Part shown: positions 24,085 to 36,719 of the stretch, one piece after another
How positions within the stretch are numbered: position 1 is the first letter of the stretch
How the letters are laid out: each line of letters begins with the position of its first letter
From: Chiloscyllium plagiosum
Taxonomy: Eukaryota
Reading direction: 5' to 3'
NCBI RefSeq assembly: GCF_004010195.1
Contig: NC_057719.1
Span: 49,591,400 to 49,655,399, forward strand
DNA length: 64,000 bases
Position numbers and translations under genes: made by a program
The notes under the pieces: model-generated
What the model was told of the DNA's origin: nothing
The model's input: the letters and a program-made list of their open reading frames with translations, nothing else
Databases searched by the model: none

Positions 24085-27000
24085 ATAGGAATCTCTTCTG
24101 GTGTAGAAGTGACTTGTACAAGAAGGATGGATTGCACCTGAATTGGAAGAGGACTAATATGCAGGCAGGGAGATTTGCTAGAGATGCTCGGGAGGATTTA
24201 AGCTATTAAGGTGGCCCGGGGGGGGGGGGGGGATTACCCAGGGAGATAGTGAGGATAGAGATCAATCTGAGACTGGTACATTTGGAAAAAGGAGCAGGTC
24301 AAGCAGTCAGGACAGGCAGGAACAAAGCAGAGAACAAGGTCAGACTGGTACATTAAAATGCATTTACTTCAATGCAAGAGGCCTGACAGGTAAGGCAGAT
24401 GAATGCAGGGCATGGTTAGGAACATGGACTGGGATATCATAGCAATTATAGAAACGTGGCTCAGGGATGGACAGGACTGGCAGCTTAATGTTCCAGGATA
24501 CAAAACTATAGGAAGGATTGAAAGCGGGGGGGGGGCAGAGAGGAGAGGGAGGGATGTTTTTGATAAGGTTTAGCATTCCTGCTGTACTTAAGAAGGATAT
24601 TCCTGGGAACACATCCAGGGAAGTTATTTGGGTAGAACTGAGAAATAAGAAAGGGATGATCATCTTATTGGGATTGTATTATAAACCCCCTAATAGTCAG
24701 TGGGAAATTGAGAAACAAATTTGTAAGGAGATCTCAGCTATCTGTAAGAATAATAGGGTAGTTATTGTAGAGGATTTTAACTTTCCAAACAGACTGGTGT
24801 TAAGGATTTAGATGGAGAGGAATTTGTTAAGTGTGTACAAGAAAAGTTTCTGATTCAATATGTGGATGTACCTACTAGAGAAGGTACAAAACTTGACCTA
24901 CTCTTGGGAAATAAGGCAGGGCAGGTGACTGAGGTGTCGAGGGGAGCATTTTGGGGCCAGCGACCATAATTCTATTAGTTTTAAAATAGTGATGGAAAAG
25001 GATAGTCCAGATCTAAAAGTTGAAGTTCTATATTGGAGTAAGGCTAACTTTGACGGTATTAGGCAATAACTTTCAAAAGCTGACTGGGGGGCATGGGAAA
25101 CCTTCAAAACTGAGATAATGTGAGTCCAAACACAGTATATTCCTGTTAGGGTGAAAGGAAAGGCTGGTAGGTATAGGGACGCTGGATGACTAAAGAAATT
25201 GAGGTTTTGGTGAAGAAAAAGAAGGAAGCATATGCCAAGTATAGACAGGATAGATCGAGTGAATCCTCAGAAGAGTATAAGGGCTGTAGAAGTATATTTA
25301 AGAGTGAACACAGGAGGGCACAAAGGGGACAGGAGATAGCTTTGGCAAATTGGGTTAAGGGAATCCAAATGGACTTTATGAAGACATTAAGAACATTAAG
25401 GACAAAAGGGTAACTAGGGAGAGAATAGGGACCCTTAAAGATCAGCGAGGTAGCCTATGTGTGGAACTGCAGGAGATGGGGGAGATACTAAACAAGTATT
25501 TTGCATCAGTGTTTACTGGGGAGAAGGACATGGAAGATATAGAATGTGGATAAATAGATGGTAGGGTCTTGAAAAATGTCCATATTACAGAATAGGATGT
25601 GCTGGATGTCTTGAAACACATAAAAATGGATAAATCTCCAGGATCTGATCAGGTGTACCCTAGACCTCTGTAAGAAGCTAGGGAAGTGATTACTGGGCTC
25701 CTTGCTGAGATATTTGGATCATTGTTAGTCACAGCTGAGGTGCTGGAAGATTGGAGGTTGACTAACGTAGTGCCACTATTTAAGAAAGGTGGTAAGGAAA
25801 AGCCAGGAAACTACAGACCAGTGAGCCTGACATTAGTGGTGGGCAAGTTATTGGAGGCAGTCCTGAGGGACAGGATTTAAATGTATTTGGAAAGGCAAGG
25901 ACTGATTAGGGATCATCAGCATGGCTTTGTGCATGGGAAATCATGTCTCATGAACTTGATTACAGAACGAGAGGGCATAGGTTTAGGGTGAGAGGGGAAA
26001 GATATAAAAGAGACCTAATGGGCAACTTTTTCATGTAGAGGGTGGTACGTGCATGGAATGAGCTGCCAGAGGAAGTGGTGGAGGCTGGTACAATTGCAAC
26101 ATTTAAAAGGCATTTAGACGGGTATATGAATAGAAAGGGTTTAGAGGTATATGGGCCGGGTGCTGGCAGGTGGGACTAGATTGGGTTGGGCATGGACGGG
26201 TTGGACCGAAGGGTCTGTTTCCATGCTGTACAACTCTATGACTCTAAGTAACAAAGAAGATTAATGAGGGCTGAGTGGTAGATGTGATTTATATGGACTT
26301 CAATAAGGCGTTTGACAAGGTTCCCCATGGTAGACTGGTGAGCAAGGTTAGATCTCATGGAATACAGGGAGAACCAGCCATGTGAATACAAAACTGGCTC
26401 AAAGGTAGAGGACAGAGGGTGAAGGCCTGGGACCAGTGGTGTGCCACAAGGACCAAGGATCAGTGCTGGGTCCACTACTTTTCATCATTTATATAAATGA
26501 TTAGGATGTGAACTTGGAGGTATAGTTAGTAAGTTTGTAGATTACACCAAAATTAGAAGTGTAGTGGACAGCGAAGAAGGTTACCTCAGATTACAACAGG
26601 ACCTTGATCAGATAGACCAATGGGCTGAGAAGTGGCAAATGGAGTTTAACTCAGATAAATGTGGGAGGTGCTGCATTTTGGGAAAGCAAATCTTCGTAGG
26701 ATTTATACACTTAATGGTAAGGTCCTAAGGAGTGTTGCTGAACAAAGAGACCTTGGAATGCAGTTCATAGTTCCTTTTCAATGGAGTTTAGTTTAGATAA
26801 ATGTGAGCAATGGAAAATCAAATCTTATGTGAAACTTGAAAGGGTTCAGAAAAGATTTACAAGGATATCACCAGGGTTGGAGGATTTGAGCTATACGGAG
26901 AGACTGAACAGGCTGGGGCTGTTTTCCCCAGATCGTTGGAGTTTGAGGGGTGACCTTACAGAGGTTTATAAAATCATGAGGGTAATGGATAGGATAAATA

Positions 27001-27270
27001 GACAAAGTCTTTTCCCTGGGGTGGTGTAGTCCAGAACTAGAGGGCATAGGTTTAGGGTGAGAGGAAAGATATAAAAGGGACCTAAGGGCCTTTTTCATGC
27101 AGAGGGTGGTGCATGTATAGAATGAGCTGCCAGAGGAAGTGGTGGAGGCTGGTACAATTACAGCATTTAAAAGGCATATGATTAGGAAGTGTTTAGAGGG
27201 ATATGGGCCTAGTGCTAGCAAATGGGACTAAATTAGGTTAGGACATCTGGTCGGCAGGGACGAGTTGGAT
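24085..27270 (+). mobile_element. Near-complete decayed CR1 (end of ORF1, EN, RT) with a nested CR1 3' piece at ~25962-26245
   Basis: DGLHLN (ORF1 end); YFNARGL, IETWL, GLYYKPPN, EDFNFP (EN); KPGNYRPVSLT, KAFDKVPHGRL, LERVQKRFTR (RT). Confidence 0.9.
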
Positions 27271-27559
27271 TAAATAGGTTCTCTCAGCTTTACTGCAGGG
27301 TTATAACATGTTTGCATCTCAGACACTGAGGGTAAAGATAGGAAATTATTGTACTTTTGCCAATGTTATAGATTTGAATTCTGTGTATCCCATGTATTGC
27401 TAATAAGTTCTGCATAAAACATTGTTGAAGAATATGGTTCCAATACTGAAAAAGGACAAGATCCTAGATCTAGATAGTATGCACGCAGGAAAAATATATA
27501 GTTGAGGCACTATTTAAAAATACAAAAAATTATAGAACATAATTACAGAGACCAGTGGA

Positions 27560-28950
27560 TAGCTAAATATTGATCCATAAAATAGGAAAAGGAAGAAAGA
27601 ACAAATCCTGGGATCTACAGACCAGACGCATGAAACACATTAACTCTTTCCAAAAGTAGTGAGAAAACATCATCTAATGGCAGCAAATATAATAAAATAT
27701 CAATGTGGATTTCAAAGGCTAACTGGGCGAAAGTGAGGACTGCAGATACTGGAAATCAGAGTCAAGATTAGAGTAGTGCTGGAAAAGGGCTCCTGCCTGA
27801 AACGTCGATTTTCTTGCTCCTCGGATGCTGCCTGATCTCATGTATATCTGACCTAATTTGTTAAAGAGCTAACTGCATCAAGCATTAAAAGTCATTTATT
27901 TGCACTTTTAAAAAGCCCTTGATAGCATCACATATGGTAGCATAGTATGGTTCTGATAAAAAATAGAATATATGGAGCAAGAAGACAAATAACTGAACAG
28001 ACAGTAAAACTCTCTTTAAAATAAAGTTAGAAAGCAGTGAGTAGGATTAAAGAGTAATTATTCACAGGGATGTAGAATCCATGAGTTGACTTCCATCCAT
28101 CTGTGCTAGAATCATGGTCATTCAAGATTTATGTCAATGACATGGGCTTGGGCTTCAGTAACTCAACATGAGCACAGCTAAAATTTGCAAATGACACCAA
28201 AACTAGTGAAGAGGGGACATGTACAGAGTAGTGTAACTAATACTGAGGGAGAATACAACAGAGTAAAAGAAGACAGTAGATAAATTGCAGTCTAAAGAGC
28301 AAATAAACATGAACATTGATAAAGGTGAGGCAATGAACTTTAGGAGAAAAAATACAGAAAAAATGGCTACATTTTTAAAGTAAGAGACTGAATGGTGTTC
28401 AAGAGCTAAGAGATCTAAGGATGCATGTAAACAATTCATTAAAATAGTGCCATAGACCAGCAAATCAACGAACACTGTAAACAAAGCACTGGAATTTATT
28501 TCTACAGAATTAAAATCGAAAGACCTCAAGTTATGTTCATGTCAAAACTATTAAAAAGGCCACTGAAGAAAGTGCAAAAGCAATTTACGAAGAAGGTACT
28601 TAAGGTTAAAGAGTTTTTTTTTCCTTTTGAAAAGCTGAGAGAAGACCAAATAAATTATATAAATTATAAATGGGTTGGGCAGATGGATGTGAAGAGAATA
28701 TTTCCACTTGTGGGAAAATACAAACTGAGGTCATATATACAAGATGTTTGCTAATAAATCCAGTAGGGAAATAGGAGAAAGTGGAATTTGCTGCTACCAG
28801 AAATGGTTGCACCAAATAGCTCAGAGAAAAGTAATAAACAGATATGTCAAAGGGATAAAATGAAATAGATGAAATGGGAGAACATTCATGGAAAGCACAA
28901 ATGCTAGCTTAGACTAGCTGGGCTAATGACCTGCTGCTGAATGGTATATT
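27560..28950 (+). mobile_element. Highly degenerate CR1 RT/3' end with Penelope-type insert at ~27725-27840
   Basis: aatcctgggatctacagacca, aaatttgcaaatgacaccaaa (KFANDTK), LKKVQKQFTK. Confidence 0.55.
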
Positions 28951-29137
28951 CTATGCAAAGTTTATTTTAGGCTAATTCCTAAATCATAAGAAAATCTGCT
29001 TTAGTCTGTTGCTAAGCTGAATAATGGAACTGTTAATTATTGGCTTCTTTTTATTCCAGAACAGTTTAATGTAGAAACAATTGTGCAATTCACCCTACAG
29101 GCAGTCCCTGGATTATGAACAGGTTCCATTCTTGAGA

Positions 29138-29437
29138 TGTTTAGATTAGATTACTTACAGTGTGGAAACAAGTCCACACCGCCCTGCCGAAGCGCAACCC
29201 ACCCATACCCCTACATTTACCCCTTACCTAACACTACAGGCAATTTAGCATGGCCAATTCACCTGACCTGCACATCTTTTGGATTGTGGGAGGAAACCGG
29301 AGCACCCGGAGAAAACCCATGCAGACACGGGGAGAATGTGCAAACTCCACACAGTCAGTCGCCTGAGGCGGGAATTGAACCCGGGTCTCTGGCGCTGTGA
29401 GGCAGCAGTGGTAACCACTGTGCCACCATGCCACCCA
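29138..29437 (-). mobile_element. V-SINE (HE1-like)
   Basis: Same consensus as 21620-21930. Confidence 0.92.
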
Positions 29438-29561
29438 CAAAAGTTGTTTGCAAGTCAAATTGTACAGAAGTCAAAACACAATTCAAGACAATATAAAGTA
29501 GCCACCTTTAAGGACAGGCCTTATATATTAGAATTATATCCCTGTCTGGGATCACATTCAT

Positions 29562-30850
29562 ATAGAACATAGAACATATAACAATGCAGCACAGAACAGG
29601 CCCTTCGGCCCACGATATGCCAAACATTTGTCCTAGCTTAAGCACCTATCCATGTACCTATCCAATTGCTGCTTAAAGGTCACCAATGATTCTGACTCTG
29701 CCACTCCCACAGGCAGCGCATTCCATGCCCCCACCACTCTCTTTGTAAAGAACCTACCCCTGACATCCCTCCTATACCTTCCACCCTTCACCTTAAATTT
29801 ATGTCCCCTTGTAACACTCTGTTGTACCCGGGGAAAAAGACTCTGACTGTCTACTCTATCTATTCTCCTGATCATCTTATAAACCTCTATCAAGTCACCC
29901 CTCATCATTCGCCGTTCCAATGAGAAAAGGCCTAGCACTCTCAACCTATCCTCGTGCAACCTATTCTCCATTCCAGGCAACATCCTGGTAAATCTCCTCT
30001 GCACCCTCTCCAAAGTTTCCACATCTTTCCTAAAATGAAGCGACCAGAACTGCACACAGTACTCCAAATGTGGCCTTATCAAGGTCCTATACAGCTGCTA
30101 CTTCACCTCACGACTCTTGAATTCAATCCCTCTGCTAATGAACGCTAATACACCAGCCTTCTTACAAGCTCTATCCACCTGAGTGGCAACTTTCAAAGAT
30201 CTATGAACATAGACCCCAAGATCCCTCTGCTCCTCCACCTTACTAAGAACCCTACTGTTAACCCTGTATTCCGCATTCTTATTTGTCCTTCCAAAATGGA
30301 CAACCTCACACTTGACAGGGTTGAACTCCATCTGCCACTCCTCAGCCCAGCTCTGCATCATATCTAAGTCCCTTTGCAGCCGACAACAGCCCTCCTCACT
30401 ATCCACAACTCCACTAATCTTCGTATCGTCTGCAAATTTACTGATCCACCCTTCGACTCCCTCTTCCAAGTTATTAATAAAAATTACAAACAGCAGAGGA
30501 CCCAGAACTGATCCCTGCGGAACTCCACTTGTAACTGGGCTCCAGGCTGAATATTTACCATCTACCACCACTCTCTGACTTCAACCAGTTAGCCAGTTCT
30601 CTATCCAACTGGCCAAACTTCCCACTATCTCATGCCTCCTGACTTTCTGCATAAGCCTACCATGGGGAACCTTATCAAATGCCTTACTAAAATCCATGTA
30701 CACTACATCCACTGCTCTACCCTCATCCACATGCTTGGTCACCTCCTCAAAGAATGCAATAAGACTTCTAAGGCAAGACCTACCCCTCACAAATCCGTGC
30801 TGGCTGTCACTAATCAAGCAGTGTGTTTCCAGATACTCATAAATCCTATA
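29562..30850 (-). mobile_element. CR1 ORF2 3' portion, relatively young
   Basis: [59 protein letters not shown]. Confidence 0.95.
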
Positions 30851-30989
30851 TGTACAAGCATTCAATAATCTGACAATTTTTAAACTAGGGACCTTTTTAC
30901 CTTTCTGAATTTTACCTTCAATTCTGGATAACTTGTGTAAAAGTAGCTTATTTCCTGGTCATCCAGGTTTTACAGCATAGAAAGAGGGC

Positions 30990-31085
30990 CTTCCTGAAGA
31001 AGGGCTTATGCCCGAAACGTCGATTCTCCTGTCCCTTGGATGCTGCCTGATCTGCTGCGCTTTTCCAGCAACACATTTTCACCTC
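30990..31085 (+). ncRNA. Minimal type I hammerhead ribozyme in a short Penelope-derived repeat
   Basis: CTGAAGA (30994-31000)-A-GGGC-TTAT-GCCC-GAAA-CG-TC: intact CUGANGA/GAAA/NUH core, 4-bp stem II, palindromic ACGT. Confidence 0.7.
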
Positions 31086-31727
31086 TGCCCTTCCACCCAT
31101 TTGGCAGTTATATGGCTCAATTGCACCAGATTTCTATGCAGTTTTTTTTTACTACTGAATTCACATTAGGATTGGAATATGACCCCAGGGCATTAGCCTG
31201 GTCTCTACATTACTACTGTTTTCTCAACATGGTCCATGGTCAATTTTCAATAATTCAGCTTTGACTTGAACTTGTTCTAGATAGGTCTGCCCACCACCTG
31301 CTTTCAGCTGCTCAGACCTTTTGCTCCATCTGAAATCCTTCTGCCATTATCATCAGACCTACTACCCAATCTGGTCTACCTCCTTCATACCAGTGCTCAA
31401 CACTGCAGCTTATCCACCTCCAGTCTCATAGATATTCCTGGCCATCCTTCTTCTGTTTCCTAAAATCCATTACATATCTTTATATAGTCAAAAAAATTAC
31501 TCTTTAACTTGCTACTGTGACTAGCATTATTATGTATAGACTTTCTATCACTTAAATTGGGGCTAGCTGACAATGAAGATTAATCTTGTACTTGTATGGT
31601 ATTCCTAAGATGATGACAATGCATCTGAGAGAACTGAGCAACCACCCTGATTTCTATCTACTGCATTGCAGACATTTAGCTGTAAAACCAGACACACAGA
31701 CACTTGATAGTTAAAACAATAACTGAC

Positions 31728-31823
31728 CTCCTGCTGCCTTCTTTGCTTTTCATATTGTATTTTTTGGATTTGTTGTCGTCTCCTGGAAAATTGATTTGCA
31801 ATTTCTGCTTGTACTTCTTGTGC
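31728..31823 (-). CDS. CCDC198: CCDC198 internal coding exon (coiled-coil, Q/R/K-rich)
   Basis: tatttcttctcaaag|GCACAAGAA...CAGCAGGAG|gtcagt; 96 nt, phase 0-0. AQEVQAEIANQFSRRRQQIQKIQYEKQRRQQE. An alternative in-frame acceptor would start the exon at 31853. Confidence 0.8.
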
Positions 31824-31954
31824 CTTTGAGAAGAAATACAGGTTATGAAAATGCTATCAAAATATATTCTAGAGAACATTATTAAGAAAAATATTCCTCT
31901 TTTTTCAATTTGTGAAGGTAATGTTAATCTCAGTATGTAATATTATAAAACATA

Positions 31955-33920
31955 GTAGAGTCAGAGGCATACAGCTGGACAGCATAGAAACAGACCCTTC
32001 AGTCCAACTTGTCCATGCCAATCAGAGATGCCAAAGTAACCTAGTCCCATTTGCCAGCATTTGGCCCACATCCCTCGAAACGTTTCCAATTCATGTACCC
32101 ATCCAGATGACTTTTAAATGTTGTAATTGTACCAATCTTCACCACTTCCTCTGACAGCTCATTCTATACACGCACCACATTCTGTGTGAAAACATTGCAT
32201 CTTAAGTCCCTTTTAAGTCTTTCCCCTCTCCCTCTAAACCTACAGTCTCTAGTTTTGGACACCCCGACGCCGGAGAAAAGAGCTTGACTATTCATCATAC
32301 CCTCGCCCTCATGATTTTATAAACTTCTGTAATGTCACCGCTCAGCCTCCGATGCTCCAGGGAAAATAACCCCAGCCTGTTCAGCCTCTCCCTATAGCGC
32401 AAGCCCTCCAATCCTGGCAACATCCTTGTAAACCTTTTCTGAACTCTTTCAAGTTTCACAGCATCCTTCAAATAGCAGGGAGACCAAAAGTGGCCTAACC
32501 AACGTCCTGTATAGTTGTAACATGACCTTCAAATTCTTATGCACTGACCAATAAAGGAAAGCATACCAAACTCCTTCTTCACTATCCTGTTTACCTGCGA
32601 CTCCACTTTCAAGGAACTATGAACCTGCACTTCAAGGTCTCTTTGTTCAGCAACACTCTACAAGACATTACCATTAAGTGTACAAGTGCTGCCCTGATTT
32701 GCATTTCCAAAATGAAGCACCTCCCATTTAGCTAAATTAAACTCTATCTGTCACTTCTCAGCCTGTCGGCCCATCTGATCCAGAACCCGTTGTACTCTAA
32801 GTAACCATTTTCGCTGTCCACTACACCTCCAATTTTGGTGTCATCTGTAAACGTACTAATCATATCTCCTATGTGCACATCCAAATCGTTTATATGAATG
32901 ATGAAAAGTAGTGGAGCCAGCACTAATCTTTGTGACACTCCATTGGTCACAGGCCTCCAGCCTGAAAAACAACCCTCTACCATCATCTGTCTTCTACCTT
33001 CAATCCAGTTCTGTATCCAAATGGCTAATTCATAGAGTCATAGAAATGTACAGCATGGAAACAAACCCTTCGGTCCAACCAGTCCACGCCGACCAGACAT
33101 CCCAACCCAATCTAGCTCACATCCCAACCCAATCTAGTCCCACCTGCCAGCACCCGGCCCATATCCCTCCAAACCCTTCCTATTAATTTTGTAAACTCTA
33201 TAAGGTCACCCCTCAGCCTCCGATGCTCCAGGGAAAACAGCCCCAGCCTGTTCAGCCTCTCCCTGTAGCTCAGATCCTCCAACCCTAGCAACATGCTTGT
33301 AAATCTTTTCTGAACCTCTCCCTATGTTCCATGAGATCTAACATTGTTAACCAGTTTACCATGTGGAACCTTGTCAAACGCCTTACTGAAGTCCATATAG
33401 ATCACGTCCACTACTCTGCTTTCATCAATCTACTTCATTATGTCTTCAAAATACTCAATCAAGTTAGTGAGACATGGTTTCCCATGCACAAAGCCATGTT
33501 GACTATCCCCAATCAGACCTTGTCTTTCCCAAATATATGTAAATCCTGTCTCAGGATCCTCTCGAACAACTTGCCCACCACCGATGTCAGGTTCACTAGT
33601 CTATAGTTCCTCATTCTTTCCTTATCAACTTTTAAAAATAGTGGCACCATGTTAGCCAACCTCCAGTCTTTCAGCACTTCACCTGTAGCAATTTATGATA
33701 CAGATATCTCAGCAAGGGACCAAGCAATCACTTCCCTAGCTTTCTGCAGAGTTTGAGATTACTCCTGATTAGGTCCCAGGGACTTATTCACCTTTATGTG
33801 TTTTAAGATGTCCAGCACCTCCTCCTCTGCAATATAGACATTTTTCAAGACTTCGCTATTTAGTTCCTCAAGTTCTCTAGCTTCTATAAACACTGATGCA
33901 AAATACTTGTTTAGTATCTT
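31955..33920 (-). mobile_element. CR1 ORF2 fragment with nested CR1 3' piece (33030-33315)
   Basis: [48 protein letters not shown]. Confidence 0.9.
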
Positions 33921-34138
33921 GTTTAGTAGATGATCTTTACTTGTTTAGTAGATGGGAATCGTGAGAATACTAAAAGAAAAGCTGAGAGAATGAAAAAAAA
34001 TTGGGGTTTCAATTTCAAGTAACTATTTCCTGAATTCCCCATAAGCTTAAATGATAACTTCAAATTCTCACTATTAAGTGGGTTCTGTCCTAATTGCATG
34101 CATTCCTATCCCATTATTAGTATTATAATCCCAGATGA

Positions 34139-34865
34139 TGTTACTGATGTCAGATCCCAGTCTGAAATCTGGCTTGATAGAATATATGTTTTTTTAAATA
34201 ACTGAGGTGGCCTTTCACTGAAACACAATCACGCAATGCTGCATATCTGAATTTAGCAATAAAACTGAAGTTCATTACACAAAAGAAATAAAGGTAAAAT
34301 AGAATAAACCAAACTGTTTACACAAAACACAATTTCAAGGCTTTTCAAACACTTAGTAAAGTATAATCTCAATTATCCTTACACTATCACTTTACAGTAG
34401 TCAAACAGCAGACAGAGTTCTCTACTCTGTCACAACTATAGATTTGACTTGACTATTTTTTGCAGTTCCTAATCTTTAGAGTTTGCTAGTTTTTTTAATT
34501 GACAACCAAGCTTAAAAATTCTTACATTCAAATAATCCCTTCAGGGTTTTACCCAAACATTTCTGGCCTAGCACTTTCAAACTGAGCCCTTATACTCAAA
34601 TAACCAACATCTTATAGTTCTACACTAACTCCTTTCTCCAGGAGAAACTGTTTCTTACATTTAACTTAAACCAGGATTTCAATCAATTTTTCTTTTTTTT
34701 GAACCAATAGCAAATTAATACTTTTCACTATTCATTCTGTCCAAACTCTTACAAGGTAAACAAATTCCCACTATTACTCCAGAAATTCTCACTCTTGCAG
34801 GTTTAAAAGAAAAGATGGGTTCAGAAATGCTGACAAGTTAAACTTTAAGCTCCCTTATATACACA
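34139..34865. mobile_element. Possible solo LTR
   Basis: Starts TGTTAC; AT-rich with the same strand-biased character as the LTR-like 52266-52818. Right end and TSD not found. Confidence 0.3.
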
Positions 34866-34869
34866 GACT

Positions 34870-35310
34870 CTCCTACATGGCTTCAAAACTTGGACTACAT
34901 GTAGATGATATCTCAAGACCTTTGAGAAGTATCATCAATGTTGTTTGAGATGGATTCTTAGCATCAGCTGGGAGGACTGGCATACTAACATAAGCATCCT
35001 TAAAGCAGCTAAAAGTATCAGGATCAAGGACATGATCATCTGAAACCAACTCCGGTGAGCTGGGCACATGTTTAGGATGCCTGATTTTTGACTGCCAAAG
35101 TAAATCAGTTTTGCCCAGCTCAAAGGAGGCCCTTGAAACAGAAGAGGACAAAGGAAGCATTTCAAAGATTCATGAAGGCTTTCCTCAGACAATACGACAC
35201 TGATATCAATGCATGGGAGACCCTTATTCAAAAGAAATTGATTAGGAGGAAGCTCTTGTATAAATTATTTCAGGACATCCATTGGCAAGACGATGTGCGA
35301 AAAGAAGCTG
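34870..35310 (+). mobile_element. RTE-clade LINE C-terminal fragment
   Basis: WTTCR*YLKTFEKYHQCCLRWILSISWEDWHTNISIL...NQLR*AGHMFRMPDF*LPK, the RTE 'LRWAGHV.RM....LPK' motif. Confidence 0.75.
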
Positions 35311-35499
35311 GAGAAACCAAGGATCAATTCTACCTCCAAGGAACACCTACCAGCTGTGTGGTCAGACAATCAATGCTTTGCTATCCATCTGATTATACCC
35401 TTGATATCTTTGGGTGATTCCCACTTTCTAATGCCTATACATTTCAGGTTGAGTTAACAATTAGGGAAAATGCAGCAGCAAAAAGCAAATTAGACAGAG

Positions 35500-35698
35500 T
35501 TTTACCAGACCATATGGCTGGTTTCCCATTAGAGAGAGATAACTTGTGGTGATTTAACCTAAGGGTTACCATGTCTCAGGCAAGGTGAGACATTGAGAAG
35601 GACAGTCCTTCCTGATAATGTCAACTAGTGCAGGAATTGGACCCATGCTGTTAGCATCACTCTGCATTGGAAACCAGCCCTCCAAGCTATCCGAACCC
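35500..35698 (-). mobile_element. tRNA-derived SINE (second family); another copy at ~51815-52000
   Basis: Both copies share cagaccata..gctg..ccatt.agagagaga..ggtg.tttaa..gagggt.acc.tg.ctcagg..ttgagaag..agtccttc; B-box on minus. Confidence 0.65.
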
Positions 35699-36089
35699 TT
35701 AGACAATAAGATTGAATGGCATTAAGGTTAAATAGCTCTTAAGGTTTCAGTTGGCAAAGGATATCTGATTGTCCAATGAAGTCTTTCATTATAGGTAGCA
35801 GTTTGAGAGCAATCCGAAGCTATCTCCTTTTGACTCTTCTATCAACAGTTAGCCTCAATGTTTCAGACTGCTAAGCTAACCTGAAATGTTTGTGCATCCC
35901 GCATGACAGTGTTGAGCTTGAGAGAGGCACTGCTTTGTGCAGCTTTTCTATATCAACCAATTAGCAATGAGGGAGAGTGGACATACTGTACATTTCACAA
36001 CCTTGAACAGCTGTGTAATCCTTACACATTGCATTTAGCCTCAGTGTTGTTCATATTAAAGTGTAATGAGTAGAGTGTAAAGTGTTATG

Positions 36090-36483
36090 AGGAAGGGTCA
36101 CTCAACCCGAAATGTTAAGGCTGATTTCTCTCCAAAATGCTGCCAGACCTACTGAGCTTTACCAGCAATGTCTGTGTTTCTGATTTACAGCATCCACACA
36201 TCTCTTCCAGACATGCCCACCTTGAAGAAGTTCTGTTCCTCTCTCTGATTTTCCATTCCAATCTTCTTTCTTGTCCACCACTAATTTCACAGTCATTAAT
36301 TTCACTGTCACTCCTGGTGTTTGACAAGGTATTTGCTAAAACCCACTTCCAAAGCCACATCACATTGCTCAGTGACCGCCTCCAGCAGATCTGAGGAAAG
36401 GTCACTTGACCCAAAACGTTAACTCTGATTTCTCTGCTCAGATGCTGCCAGGCCTGCTGAGCTTTTCCAGCAATTTCTGCTCT
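36090..36483 (+). mobile_element. Mini Penelope-derived element with two direct-repeat pLTRs, each with a hammerhead-like core
   Basis: TSD tgtaaagtgt(t/a)atg at 36076-36089 and 36484-36497; repeats ~36087-36180 and ~36391-36483. Confidence 0.7.
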
Positions 36484-36719
36484 TGTAAAGTGTAATGCCT
36501 TGGTTAAAATCTACAATGTCATGGTTCAAGATTCCCTGAGGTCTGATGCTATCTGTAATCAAGGAGTCAGTTGCTTATGAGAGATTAGCAATGCTTGGCA
36601 ATTGCAACTTCTAACATCCAGGGGATGTCTGAAGGGGCTGCTCATCTCTCACATTTGCATGACTGCACTAGGTCCTTTGATCCAGCTTACTGAATGCATG
36701 TGGAAAAGTCGCCTGCTCC

